A DNA stretch of 39,316 nt, taken from positions 1 to 39,316 of the forward strand of contig JBFGLJ010000003.1 in assembly GCA_041576235.1 (NCBI GenBank). Direction: 5' to 3'. The notes beneath the pieces are model-generated. The model searched no databases. It saw nothing but the letters and a program-made list of their open reading frames with translations, and was not told where the DNA came from. Shown in pieces: positions 29,714 through 38,026 of this stretch. Within the stretch, counting starts at the first letter, position 1. Each line of letters starts with the position of its first letter. Origin of the DNA: Gemmatimonadales bacterium. GTDB lineage: Bacteria > Gemmatimonadota > Gemmatimonadetes > Gemmatimonadales > GWC2-71-9. The translations under genes and the position numbers were made by a program.

Positions 29714-30691
29714 GTGCAAAAGGTTCTTCGCATGCTCAACGAAGCGCAGACGCTCTCGCAAGCCGGGCGCCACAGTGCGGTGGTGCAGCTGCTCGAGCCG
29801 AAGATGGAGGAGCTCGAGGACTCGCCGACCCTCGCCCTCCTGTACGGGATCGCGCAGGCCCGACTCGGCGCCCACGGCGCCGGGGACCGCTGGGTCACCG
29901 CCGCGCTGCGGCGGGCTCGGGAGCGCGGTGACCAGACCATCGAGGCCCGCGCCCAGAACGTGGCCGGGGCCATGGCGCTGGAGCAGGGTGACGTGACCCG
30001 GGCGGCCAAGGCCTTTACGGAGGCGCTGGCCGACGCCGAGAAGCGGGGCGACCACGCCATGGTTGGGCGCTGTTCGAACAACCTCGGCATCATCGCCAAC
30101 CTGCGCGGCGAGCACGGACAGGCGGTCGGCTGCTACACCATGGCGCAGGCCGCCTTTCAGCGGGCGCACTCGCGCGTGGGGAACGCCGAGACCCTCCACA
30201 ACCTCGGCATCAGCTATCGTGATCTCGGCGACCTCAAGAACGCCGTGGACGCCGCGGACCGCGCCGTGGGCGAGGCGGAGGCCGCCGGCGACATTCGGCT
30301 CATGGCCCAGACCATCGGCGGCCGTGCCGAGCTCCAGCTCCTGGCCGGAGAGCCCGGGGTGGCCTATCAAGAGGTCCAGCGGGCGATCGAGCTCAATCGG
30401 TCCATCCATGACGGCGTTGGCGAAGCCGAAAACCTGAGGGTCTTGGGGCGTGTCCTAGCCGCTCGGGGACAGAGCACTGAAGCCGAGCTTGCCTATCGCG
30501 AAGCTCAGCGACGCGCCGAGCACTACCAGCGGCCGCACCTCGCGGCCCAGACCGGCCGGGATCTCACGCACCTCTTGCTCGAGATGGGGCGCCGCGACGA
30601 GGCGCGCGAGGTGTGGCAGACCGCCCGGGCCTGCTTCAAGACGTTGGGCGCCGAAAGCGAAATCCAGAAACTGGATCGACTCGTCACCTAA
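29714..30691 (+). CDS. Cytoplasmic TPR protein (MalT/Rap-like long TPRs)
   Basis: ARAQNVAG, GRCSNNLGIIA, AETLHNLGISY and AENLRVLG. No signal peptide and no recognizable catalytic or DNA-binding domain. Confidence 0.85.
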   Translation: MQKVLRMLNEAQTLSQAGRHSAVVQLLEPKMEELEDSPTLALLYGIAQARLGAHGAGDRWVTAALRRARERGDQTIEARAQNVAGAMALEQGDVTRAAKAFTEALADAEKRGDHAMVGRCSNNLGIIANLRGEHGQAVGCYTMAQAAFQRAHSRVGNAETLHNLGISYRDLGDLKNAVDAADRAVGEAEAAGDIRLMAQTIGGRAELQLLAGEPGVAYQEVQRAIELNRSIHDGVGEAENLRVLGRVLAARGQSTEAELAYREAQRRAEHYQRPHLAAQTGRDLTHLLLEMGRRDEAREVWQTARACFKTLGAESEIQKLDRLVT

Positions 30692-30833
30692 CCCGGATAC
30701 CAACGATGATTCGCACGCATGACGGCGCCACCACCGTGGCGCCCCGGCCCCAGGGCCGTTCGAGCGACAGACAGTCGGCTGCCGTCGCGCCGCTCGCGCG
30801 GCGACGCAGTAGGTGGGGAAGGCGCCGCGGCGA

Positions 30834-32474
30834 TCAGCCGCCCAAGGCCACCGAATCCCGCGGCAACGCCAGCGCGGGATCGATCCGCCACTCGGCCACC
30901 TGGCTCAGCCAGGAATAGGGATCGATGGTGACGTTCTGGAATCGGCGCTCGATGGCCGCGACATTGGTAGGACTATAGAGAAACACCGCCGGCGCATCGG
31001 CGTTCAGCACATTCAGGGCCTCGGTCCAGAGTACCCGGGCACGCGCCACATCCGCCGCCGCGCTCGCGGCAGAGAGCAAGGAATCGAAGACCGGATTGCC
31101 GTAGCGTCCGAAGTTCTGAGCCGACCACCCGGCACGGGTCCACTGGTCGGTCAGCCCGCGCGGGCTGGGCTCGTCGAGCCAGGCGCCGATGTAGCTGTCG
31201 AACCGCTGCTCCCGAAGCCGCTCCTGGAACACCGGGAAGTCGACCGTGGTGATACTGGCGTCGACCCCCACCCGCCGCCACATCTCCTGGATCACGACCG
31301 CCGCCTGCCGGCGAGCGCGACTGGTGGACGGCACCAGGATATCGAACGCGAGCCGGGCCCCGTCCCGGCGACGCACATACTCGCCTGGACTGGCTCGCCA
31401 CCCTGCTTCCGTCAAGAGTCGGCGGGCCTGCGCCGTGTCATACGGCATGGTCTCGATGCCCACACTGTCCTGTCCGATCCAGAGGAGCCCCGACATGGGG
31501 CCCGGAGGCACCTGGGTCCCCGGTCCGATCACACTCTGGGCAATGGCCTCGCGATCGAGCGCCAGGGTGAGCGCCCGTCTCACCGTCCGCTCGCCCAGGA
31601 CCGGGTGCCCCTGCCCCGGCCGCCAGCCCGTGAGCCTGAAGCCCAGATAGCCGTAGACGGCGGACGGATAGGGGACCCGCAGGAAGGTGGGATCGGCGGC
31701 GATTTGCTCGACCTGGGCGGGCCCGCCCACGGACTCGATGGCATCGGCCTCGTGGGAGAGCAACAGGTTGACCGCCACCATGGGATCGGCGGCGAACCGC
31801 CAAATCAAACGCCGGATACGAGGCATCGCAGCGCCCACCGCCTCGAGTCTCAGAAACTCGGGCCGCTTCCATTCGGCCAGCCGGTAGTGGCCCGATCCCA
31901 CCAGACGTCCCGACACGGTGTCGGTTGCCCACTGGTCGAACGGCACGCCCCCCCACACATGGCTCGGCAGGATGCGCACATGATAGGTGGCGTCGTAGAG
32001 CTGTTCTGGTGAGGCACGAATGAAACGGATGTCGACAGTGGTGGAGTCCACCACGGTCACCGAGTCGATCCCTTCGAGCGCGGAGCGGGCCAAGGCATCG
32101 ATGGTGGGATCGGTAAAGGCCTGGAAACTGAAACGGACGTCCGCCGCGGTAACCGGTTGGCCATCGTGCCAGGTGGCGCCGGGCCGCAAGTGGAACCGCC
32201 AGGTGAGCGGGTCGATCCGCTCCCAGCGGGTGGCGAGCCCGGGCCGGTAGGCGGCCGAGTCGATCGGCGCGCCGCCCGGTGTGAGATAGGCGAGCCGCTC
32301 GAAGATCTGGTCGCCGATGTCGCGACCCACAGCGTCGAAGGTGAGCGGGGGGAAGATCGAGCGCGGCTCGCCCACCGCCGCGATGGTGAGGGTGCCGCAG
32401 TCCGGGCACGAGGCGGCCCGATCGCCGCCGCAGGCGGCGAGGAGCCCCACAGCCATAAACACCCAACGCCTCAT
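30834..32474 (-). CDS. Peptide/nickel ABC transporter substrate-binding lipoprotein (SBP family 5)
   Basis: MRRWVFMAVGLLAAC lipobox, PGLA.RWE....TWRFHLR...WHDG.PVTA.DV.FS and VRRAL..A.DR. The track N-terminal extension is an alternate frame of the PilT gene. Confidence 0.92.
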   Translation of the reverse strand: MRRWVFMAVGLLAACGGDRAASCPDCGTLTIAAVGEPRSIFPPLTFDAVGRDIGDQIFERLAYLTPGGAPIDSAAYRPGLATRWERIDPLTWRFHLRPGATWHDGQPVTAADVRFSFQAFTDPTIDALARSALEGIDSVTVVDSTTVDIRFIRASPEQLYDATYHVRILPSHVWGGVPFDQWATDTVSGRLVGSGHYRLAEWKRPEFLRLEAVGAAMPRIRRLIWRFAADPMVAVNLLLSHEADAIESVGGPAQVEQIAADPTFLRVPYPSAVYGYLGFRLTGWRPGQGHPVLGERTVRRALTLALDREAIAQSVIGPGTQVPPGPMSGLLWIGQDSVGIETMPYDTAQARRLLTEAGWRASPGEYVRRRDGARLAFDILVPSTSRARRQAAVVIQEMWRRVGVDASITTVDFPVFQERLREQRFDSYIGAWLDEPSPRGLTDQWTRAGWSAQNFGRYGNPVFDSLLSAASAAADVARARVLWTEALNVLNADAPAVFLYSPTNVAAIERRFQNVTIDPYSWLSQVAEWRIDPALALPRDSVALGG

Positions 32475-32485
32475 GGCAGCAAATC

Positions 32486-32518
32486 TCACGACTCGCGCCT
32501 CCCGGCTCAAGCCTCCTC
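32486..32518. repeat. Degenerate CTCACGA-type heptamer array between pilT and the SBP gene
   Basis: CTCACGA CTCGCGC CTCCCGG CTCAAGC CTCCT fills most of the 44-bp intergenic gap. Confidence 0.55.
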
Positions 32519-33622
32519 CTACTGGAACTGCAGATTCCGCTCGAAGTCGCCCGGGCTGGTGGCAGCCGCCTTGGCGGTCTCGACCGAAATCAACTCCTTG
32601 GTGAACAGCTCCATCAGGTGCTGGTCGAAGGTCTGCATGCCGTACTGGGTGCGCCCCTCGGCCAAATGATCCAAGATTTCGGGCGTTCTGTCCGGATCGG
32701 CAATACACTCGGCGATGGTAGCGGTGTTCCGCATGATCTCGACCGCCACCACCCGCCCCTTCCCGTCCTTCCGCGGCAGGAGCCGCTGCGAGACCACTGC
32801 CTTCAGAGTCTCTGACAACCGATTCCTGACGGGGAGTTGCTCCGCGGGCTCGAACACACTTGCCAACCGCGAGACCGTCTTCAGGGCATCGGTGGTGTGG
32901 ACCGTCGAGAAGACCATGTGACCTGTTTCTGCCGCCTTCAACGCCACGTCGATGGTCTGTCGGTCGCGCATCTCGCCCACCAAGATGATGTCCGGGTCCT
33001 GCCTGAGGGCTGCCCTGAGCGCAATGGCAAAGCTCTCGGTGTCGCCGCCCAGCTCCCGCTGGATGACGGTGCACTTGTCGTCCTTGTGGAGAAACTCGAT
33101 CGGGTCCTCGATGGTGACGATCTTGCCGGCCTTGGTCTGGTTGACATACGACACCATGGCCGCCAGGGTGGACGATTTGCCGCTGCCGGTCACCCCGGTG
33201 AGCAGCACCAAGCCCCGCTCCTCCATGGCGATGTCGGCCAGCACCTTGGGCAGGCCCAGGGCCTCGAAGTCGGGTACCGTGACGGGGATGTTCCGGAGCA
33301 CCACCGCCAGCGAGCCCCGCTGGCTGCAGACGTTGACCCGGAACCGGCCCAGGCCCTCCAGGGCGTACGAGCAGTCCAGGTCCTGCAAATCATGGAGTTC
33401 GGCCTCGACCTTGTCCGGGCTGGTCTTCTTGGCGGCGACCAGGATATGGCCCACGATCTGGGCGGTGTCCTGGGGCGAGAGGAGTTTGGCCCCGGTCACC
33501 GGCAGCATCTCGCCCCGGATCCGCATCCGGAAGGGGCCCCCGGCCGAGAGATGGACATCGGAGGCGTTGACTTCGATGGCTTTCTTGAGGATGGCGTTGA
33601 AGGTCTGGATGTTGGCAGTCAT
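32519..33622 (-). CDS. pilT: PilT/PilU-family type IV pilus ATPase
   Basis: ASDVHL, GRFRVN, GVTGSGKSST, TIEDPIE, ALRQDPD.ILVGEMRD, AAETGH.VFSTVHT and GMQTFDQ. Start ATG 33622. Confidence 0.9.
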   Translation of the reverse strand: MTANIQTFNAILKKAIEVNASDVHLSAGGPFRMRIRGEMLPVTGAKLLSPQDTAQIVGHILVAAKKTSPDKVEAELHDLQDLDCSYALEGLGRFRVNVCSQRGSLAVVLRNIPVTVPDFEALGLPKVLADIAMEERGLVLLTGVTGSGKSSTLAAMVSYVNQTKAGKIVTIEDPIEFLHKDDKCTVIQRELGGDTESFAIALRAALRQDPDIILVGEMRDRQTIDVALKAAETGHMVFSTVHTTDALKTVSRLASVFEPAEQLPVRNRLSETLKAVVSQRLLPRKDGKGRVVAVEIMRNTATIAECIADPDRTPEILDHLAEGRTQYGMQTFDQHLMELFTKELISVETAKAAATSPGDFERNLQFQ

Positions 33623-33826
33623 AGTCCGTTCCACCGCGTTTTGCCCACGGCAGTTTGTCAAATGCAAGATCGGGAGCTAGGGATCGGCCGAACGCACCGG
33701 CCCGGCGGCCGAAAAGTCAGGCAGCCAGCCGGGTTACGTGCAGGGGGCGTGCCGGGGGGGGGCAGGGCGGAGATCGTTGTCGGGGATGGTCGGGAGGCGG
33801 GGTCAGGATCAGGGGCGCCGGCGGGC

Positions 33827-33917
33827 AGTCGTGAGTCCTTTAGTGCGAACTTACGACCGTGCGGCCCTGGCGAGGTCATCCATCCCTGCAGGGCTAGAGA
33901 CTCACGGCTCAAGACTC
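33827..33917. repeat. Heptamer-armed palindromic element (copy C)
   Basis: AGTCGTGAG-TCCTTTAG...GGCGAGG-N8-CCCTGCAGGG-CTAGAGACTCACGGCTCAAGACTC. The right arm is 23/24 identical to that of copy B. Confidence 0.8.
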
Positions 33918-33969
33918 TACCGCTCGCTGGCGCGGCGCAGCAATCCCCGCCACCGGCCCCCCCGCCCGG

Positions 33970-34395
33970 CTATCTCGCCTGGCCACCCTCCAACCTCTCC
34001 CACCTGACCGCCCGGAGCGTCGCCCGGTACGCGTCCTTGTTGGTCGGCCGGTCGACTTGGGGGAGCGGGCTCAAGGCCTCGAGCTGGAGCACCAGCTGGC
34101 GGATGCCCGCCTCGGCGATCACGGCATGGCGGGGGTCGAGATCGGTGTTGACGGCCACGTGGCGGGTGGGCCTGTTGATCGCGAGCCGGATCCGGGCGTT
34201 CCCGGCCCAGACGCAGTCGGCGTTCACCGGGCAGCGGCTGTCCTGGAGCACGTCTTGGAACGTCACCGTGTAGCCGGTGTTCTCGATCGCCACCGACCGG
34301 CCGAAGGCCAAGGTGAAGTCCTGGTCGATGGCGACCTCGGTGGGGCCGCCGCAGGCGGTGGCGAGGAGGAGGGCGATCAGGACAAAGCGGCGCAT
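33970..34395 (-). CDS. Small lipoprotein with DSRCP-x4-CVWAG motif
   Basis: Lipobox ATAC and motif F.DV..DSRCPVNADCVWAGNA. Confidence 0.85.
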   Translation of the reverse strand: MRRFVLIALLLATACGGPTEVAIDQDFTLAFGRSVAIENTGYTVTFQDVLQDSRCPVNADCVWAGNARIRLAINRPTRHVAVNTDLDPRHAVIAEAGIRQLVLQLEALSPLPQVDRPTNKDAYRATLRAVRWERLEGGQAR

Positions 34396-34398
34396 AGG

Positions 34399-34502
34399 GA
34401 GACTCGAGACGGGAGACGTGAGTCGTCAGTCCTTCAATGAAAGATCCCCACGGCGAGGCAAACTAACCCTGAAGGACTCCTGACTCACGTCTCACGACTC
34501 AC
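34399..34502. repeat. Heptamer-armed palindromic element (copy D)
   Basis: GAGACGTGAGTC (34413-34424) pairs with 34482-34493, and AGTCCTTCA (34428-34436) pairs with TGAAGGACT (34470-34478). The core at 34430-34476 is 47 nt. Confidence 0.85.
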
Positions 34503-34503
34503 A

Positions 34504-34905
34504 TCAATTCGGCACCGAATTATGCCGGATGGCCCGCAGCGTGGCCCGGTAGTCGTCCTTGCCCAGCTGCTTGCCGAGCTCCGGCTCGGGGGCGAGCGCA
34601 ACCAGCCTAATCTCGATCGTGCCCACGAACACCCCCCGCGGGTCGTCGCCGGTGTGCACATCGGCCCGCCGGGTCGGGTTGTTCAGCTTGAGTACGACGA
34701 TGGCATCCCCGACGTCGACGCAGACGGCGTCGATGGGGCAGCGGGTGTCCGAGCGGACCTCCTCGAAGCTCACCACGATGCCGGTGCCCTCGACCGCGGC
34801 CGACTTGCCCGGGGCAAGGGTGAAGTCCTGCTCGACCTCGACATCGGTGGGCCCGGCGCACCCGGCCACGGCTAGGCCCAGTAAGACCAAAAGCGGCTTG
34901 TACAT
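34504..34905 (-). CDS. Small lipoprotein, paralog of 33970-34395
   Basis: Lipobox VAGC, with shared GPT.V...QDFTLA.G.S, D.RCP....CV..G.A and YRATLRA.R. Confidence 0.85.
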   Translation of the reverse strand: MYKPLLVLLGLAVAGCAGPTDVEVEQDFTLAPGKSAAVEGTGIVVSFEEVRSDTRCPIDAVCVDVGDAIVVLKLNNPTRRADVHTGDDPRGVFVGTIEIRLVALAPEPELGKQLGKDDYRATLRAIRHNSVPN

Positions 34906-35056
34906 AGTAGTCTCCGAATGAGACGGAAACCTGGGCAGTCGGCCGGCTGGAACATGCGTCCGCCCCCGTCCTGACCCACTTTCCGGCTGAAATATTGGAC
35001 GCCGGACCGGTCGGGGGAAGCACAGGGGTGGGGCATTCCTTACCTTTCCTGCGGCC

Positions 35057-35094
35057 CTACTCCCGACTTCCTACTCCCTACTTCCCACTCCCAC
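35057..35094. repeat. CTACTCC-type heptamer array directly 5' of pdxH
   Basis: CTACTCC CGACTTC CTACTCC CTACTTC CCACTCC CAC-ATG. Confidence 0.7.
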
Positions 35095-35748
35095 ATGTCC
35101 TTCCGCTCCTGGTTCCGCACACTCATCACCTTCGGCCGAGGCGTCACCCTGGGGATCGCCGAAGCCACGGCCGGCCGCGACCCCATCGATCTGTTCGGCG
35201 AGTGGTTCGACGCGGCCAGGCGATCCGGGATCATCCACCCCGAGGCCATGACCTTGGCCACCTCTTCTAATGAAGGGCGGCCCTCGGCTCGGATGGTGTT
35301 GCTCAAGGGACTCGATCAGCGCGGGTTCGTGTTCTTTGGCAACCACGAGAGCCGGAAGGCCCAGGAGTTGGCCGAGAACCCGAGGGCGGCGTTGCTGTTC
35401 CACTGGGCGGTGCTCGAGCGTCAGGTCCGGATCGAAGGCACCGTCACCACGATCACCACCGCGGAATCCGAGGCCTACTTCAAGACCCGCCCCCGCGGGG
35501 CCCAGATCGGTGCCTGGGCCTCGAAGCAGAGCAGTGAGCTCGAGGACCGGCGGGTGCTGGAGCAACGGGTCAAGGACTTCCAGGAGAAGTTCGCTGGCGG
35601 CGAGGTGCCGCTCCCGCCCTTCTGGGGCGGCTACCGGCTCCAGCCCGAGCGGATCGAGTTCTGGCAGGGCCGGGCCGACCGGCTGCACGATCGGTTGGTG
35701 TTCGAGAAAGAGGGAGACGGCTGGGTGAGCCGAAGGCTGTATCCGTAG
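35095..35748 (+). CDS. pdxH: Pyridoxine/pyridoxamine 5'-phosphate oxidase
   Basis: AMTLAT, PSARMVLLK, SRKA, RQVRIEG, YF.TRP...QIGAWAS.QS, P.PPFWGG, EFWQGRADRLHDR and RLYP. Confidence 0.97.
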   Translation: MSFRSWFRTLITFGRGVTLGIAEATAGRDPIDLFGEWFDAARRSGIIHPEAMTLATSSNEGRPSARMVLLKGLDQRGFVFFGNHESRKAQELAENPRAALLFHWAVLERQVRIEGTVTTITTAESEAYFKTRPRGAQIGAWASKQSSELEDRRVLEQRVKDFQEKFAGGEVPLPPFWGGYRLQPERIEFWQGRADRLHDRLVFEKEGDGWVSRRLYP

Positions 35749-35838
35749 ACTTGAGACTTGAGTCCGGCAGGGGTAGTTGGTCTCGCCGGGCCGATCTACC
35801 CCTGAAGGACTCACGACTCACGTCTCGCGTCTCGCATC
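35748..35838. repeat. Heptamer-armed palindromic element (copy E, inverted relative to D)
   Basis: TGAGTCC-GG-CAGGGGTAG...CTACCCCTG-AA-GGACTCA. The reverse complement of the core (35763-35809) matches core D at 35/47 positions without gaps. Confidence 0.85.
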
Positions 35839-35840
35839 TG

Positions 35841-37055
35841 CTACTGCTCGGCCATGACGCTGGTGGTGAGTTCTCCGTCTCGGACCACCACCTTGCCATC
35901 GATCGCGACCGTGGCCTTGGTGACCGGGAAGTAGAAGCTCCCCTGACCGTCGACCGCGTTGGCACCGCCAAAGAGCGAATTGTCACCGATGCCCAACCAC
36001 ACAATGCCGGCTGCGTCGTCGGGGCGGTAGTCGGCTCCCTCTTCGATCACCGTGCGACCGGGGTTGAGGCCTATCTGGAAGTAGCCGAACATGTCCTTGG
36101 GGCCGGTATAGGGCGCCATGGTTTCCCGGTAACACTCGCCCCCGGCCGCGGCATCGAACGTGGTGACCTTGCCGTCGGTGAACTCGTAGGTGGCCCCCGT
36201 CATGGGCTGAAAGCGGCAGCGGTCCTTGGGGACCACCACCCGGCCGTTGGCCGAGGTCTCGAGTGGTGCGGCGAATACACTGCCGCCCGGAAGGGTGGCC
36301 CACCGGGTGATGAACATGGCCTGCTTGGCGTCCTCGGCGGTCACGATGCCGTCGTTCACGAACACCGGCCGGTCGCCCATCGAGAACCGGAGATCGGTGC
36401 CCGCCGGCGAGGTCACTCGCACTTCCTTGGCTCCCTCGAGCATGCGCTGGAGCGCGGCCCCGTGGGCCGCGATCTTCTGGTAGTCGGCGTTCAGCGACTT
36501 CCAGTGAGACTGTTCGAAGGTCGCGAAGTCTAATCCGTACTCGGCGGCCTCCTGCTTCGAGGGATAGGCGATGAACGCCCCGCGGAGCCCCGACTCGTTG
36601 AGCGCGTCATAGATCACCCGCGACGCCTTGCCTGCCCGGGCGAGCCGGTCTTCCGGCACGTCGGCGAAGACGGCCTTCTCGTCCTCGATGCCCGGGAGCC
36701 CGATCCAGACGTCCATGTCCTCGAGCCAGTTGACGAAGTAGGTGGGCTCGATGTCGAGATACTTGGCGTCGGCCTCGGCCACGCCGGCGCGGATGACCCG
36801 GTCGGTGTTGAGGAACATGGTGACCTGCCCGCCGGCCATGGTGACCTCGGCGGCCAACGCCTCCATCAAGCCGATGGTGTGCTTGCCCCCGGACACCACC
36901 ACCACGTCACCCGGCTGAATGGCGAGCGAGGTGGTGACGATCCGCTTGGCGAGGGCCGCGTGCTGGGCCTCTTGAGCCGTGGCCGGACTCGATACGACTG
37001 CCAGGCCAAAGCCCAGCGCCAGGGCCAACAGCCCGAGTAGTGGTGAATGGCGCAT
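35841..37055 (-). CDS. Secreted M29/aminopeptidase T-like protein with degenerate metal ligands
   Basis: Signal peptide after a GGGAGG SD. Fold motifs IQPGDVVVV, VRVTSPAGTDL.F, LPGG.VF.AP, F.DGKV, IGLNP and IDGK.V..DG. Confidence 0.8.
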   Translation of the reverse strand: MRHSPLLGLLALALGFGLAVVSSPATAQEAQHAALAKRIVTTSLAIQPGDVVVVSGGKHTIGLMEALAAEVTMAGGQVTMFLNTDRVIRAGVAEADAKYLDIEPTYFVNWLEDMDVWIGLPGIEDEKAVFADVPEDRLARAGKASRVIYDALNESGLRGAFIAYPSKQEAAEYGLDFATFEQSHWKSLNADYQKIAAHGAALQRMLEGAKEVRVTSPAGTDLRFSMGDRPVFVNDGIVTAEDAKQAMFITRWATLPGGSVFAAPLETSANGRVVVPKDRCRFQPMTGATYEFTDGKVTTFDAAAGGECYRETMAPYTGPKDMFGYFQIGLNPGRTVIEEGADYRPDDAAGIVWLGIGDNSLFGGANAVDGQGSFYFPVTKATVAIDGKVVVRDGELTTSVMAEQ

Positions 37056-37178
37056 GGATACCTCCCGTTCGAGCGTGACCGGCCTATCACAGGGGATGTC
37101 GTCGGCCAGCCGTGGATCCAGCATCTGAGACAAGCTACGGGCCGAACCTGGGGGGCTCAAGCTGGATGCCTGTCGCCA

Positions 37179-37290
37179 GTCATTAGGGTCGTCGGTCATT
37201 AGGGTCGCTGGTCTTCGGTCTTCGGTCGTTGGCCCTGCGGGGGCAGATAGCGGCCGCGATCCAACCCCAAAGGACCGATGACTGAAGACC
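37179..37290. repeat. Heptamer-armed element (copy F)
   Basis: (GGTCNTC)n arm, core CCCTGCGGGGGCAGATAGCGGCCGCGATCCAACCCCAAAGGA, and inverted arm GACCGAT GACTGAA GACC. Confidence 0.9.
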
Positions 37291-37428
37291 TTCTTCCGGC
37301 ACACACCTTGCTCTTCCCCGACGCGCGTGCCCGAACTAGGCGAAATGGCGGGCTCGAGCGGGTAAATCGCACCCAGAGCGGGGCGAGTTGCCCGGGTGTA
37401 ACGGTTTATCACACGCATGGGGAAAAGA

Positions 37429-37854
37429 ATGAGACTGACGCATGTCTTGGCTTTGAGCATTGGGCTGTTCATGACCGGCGCCTGCGGGGATTCGACCGGG
37501 GTCACGGTCGAGGACCTGGTGGGCAGCTGGAACGCCTCGCAGTATCTCTACACCAACCCGGCCAACACCTCGCAGACGGTGGACATCATCACCACGCAGG
37601 GCGCCAGCTTCAGCATGAGCGTCGCCAATGACAGCACGGTGAGCACCCTCTTCGACGACGGGGTGGGCGGGTCGAGCTCCGACTCCGGCGACTTCAGCGG
37701 CGACGGCACGGTGCTCAACCTGGCCGGCGAGTCGTTCAACGCGAGCCGCACCGGCAGCCAGCTGACCCTGGTCGACGACACCAATGCCTACGATTTCGAC
37801 AACGACGGCAGCGACGACCCGGCCACGCTCACGATCACGATGGTGAAGCAGTAA
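37429..37854 (+). CDS. Hypothetical lipoprotein, lipocalin-like beta-barrel
   Basis: Lipobox TGAC, DLVGSW motif, beta-rich body and C-terminal DFDNDGSDD. Start is 37429 or 37417. Confidence 0.75.
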   Translation: MRLTHVLALSIGLFMTGACGDSTGVTVEDLVGSWNASQYLYTNPANTSQTVDIITTQGASFSMSVANDSTVSTLFDDGVGGSSSDSGDFSGDGTVLNLAGESFNASRTGSQLTLVDDTNAYDFDNDGSDDPATLTITMVKQ

Positions 37855-38026
37855 GATCGACTGGATCGATTCGTTACAGGAGGGGCGGCCTTCCCGCGTG
37901 GCGATCCCGCGGCAGTTCCTCCTATCCGTTGGCGTCGCTTGTGGTTGCCGTTCCCAGCCCCGAGGGAACGCCGCTTGCCGTTAGATTCCGATCGACGACA
38001 ACCGACGCTTACACGAGGATCGATTG

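Noticed and set aside
32475-33074. 746-aa SBP with a 200-aa N-terminal extension
   Set aside because: The extension overlaps pilT in another frame. The lipoprotein signal starts at 32474.
35748-35838. Element E as merely a bidirectional terminator
   Set aside because: It may terminate transcription, but it lacks U-tracts, and homologous cores occur between tandem and divergent genes.
37056-37505. 150-aa N-terminal extension of the M29-like protein
   Set aside because: It reads through element F and the divergent gene. The SD and signal peptide indicate a start at 37055.
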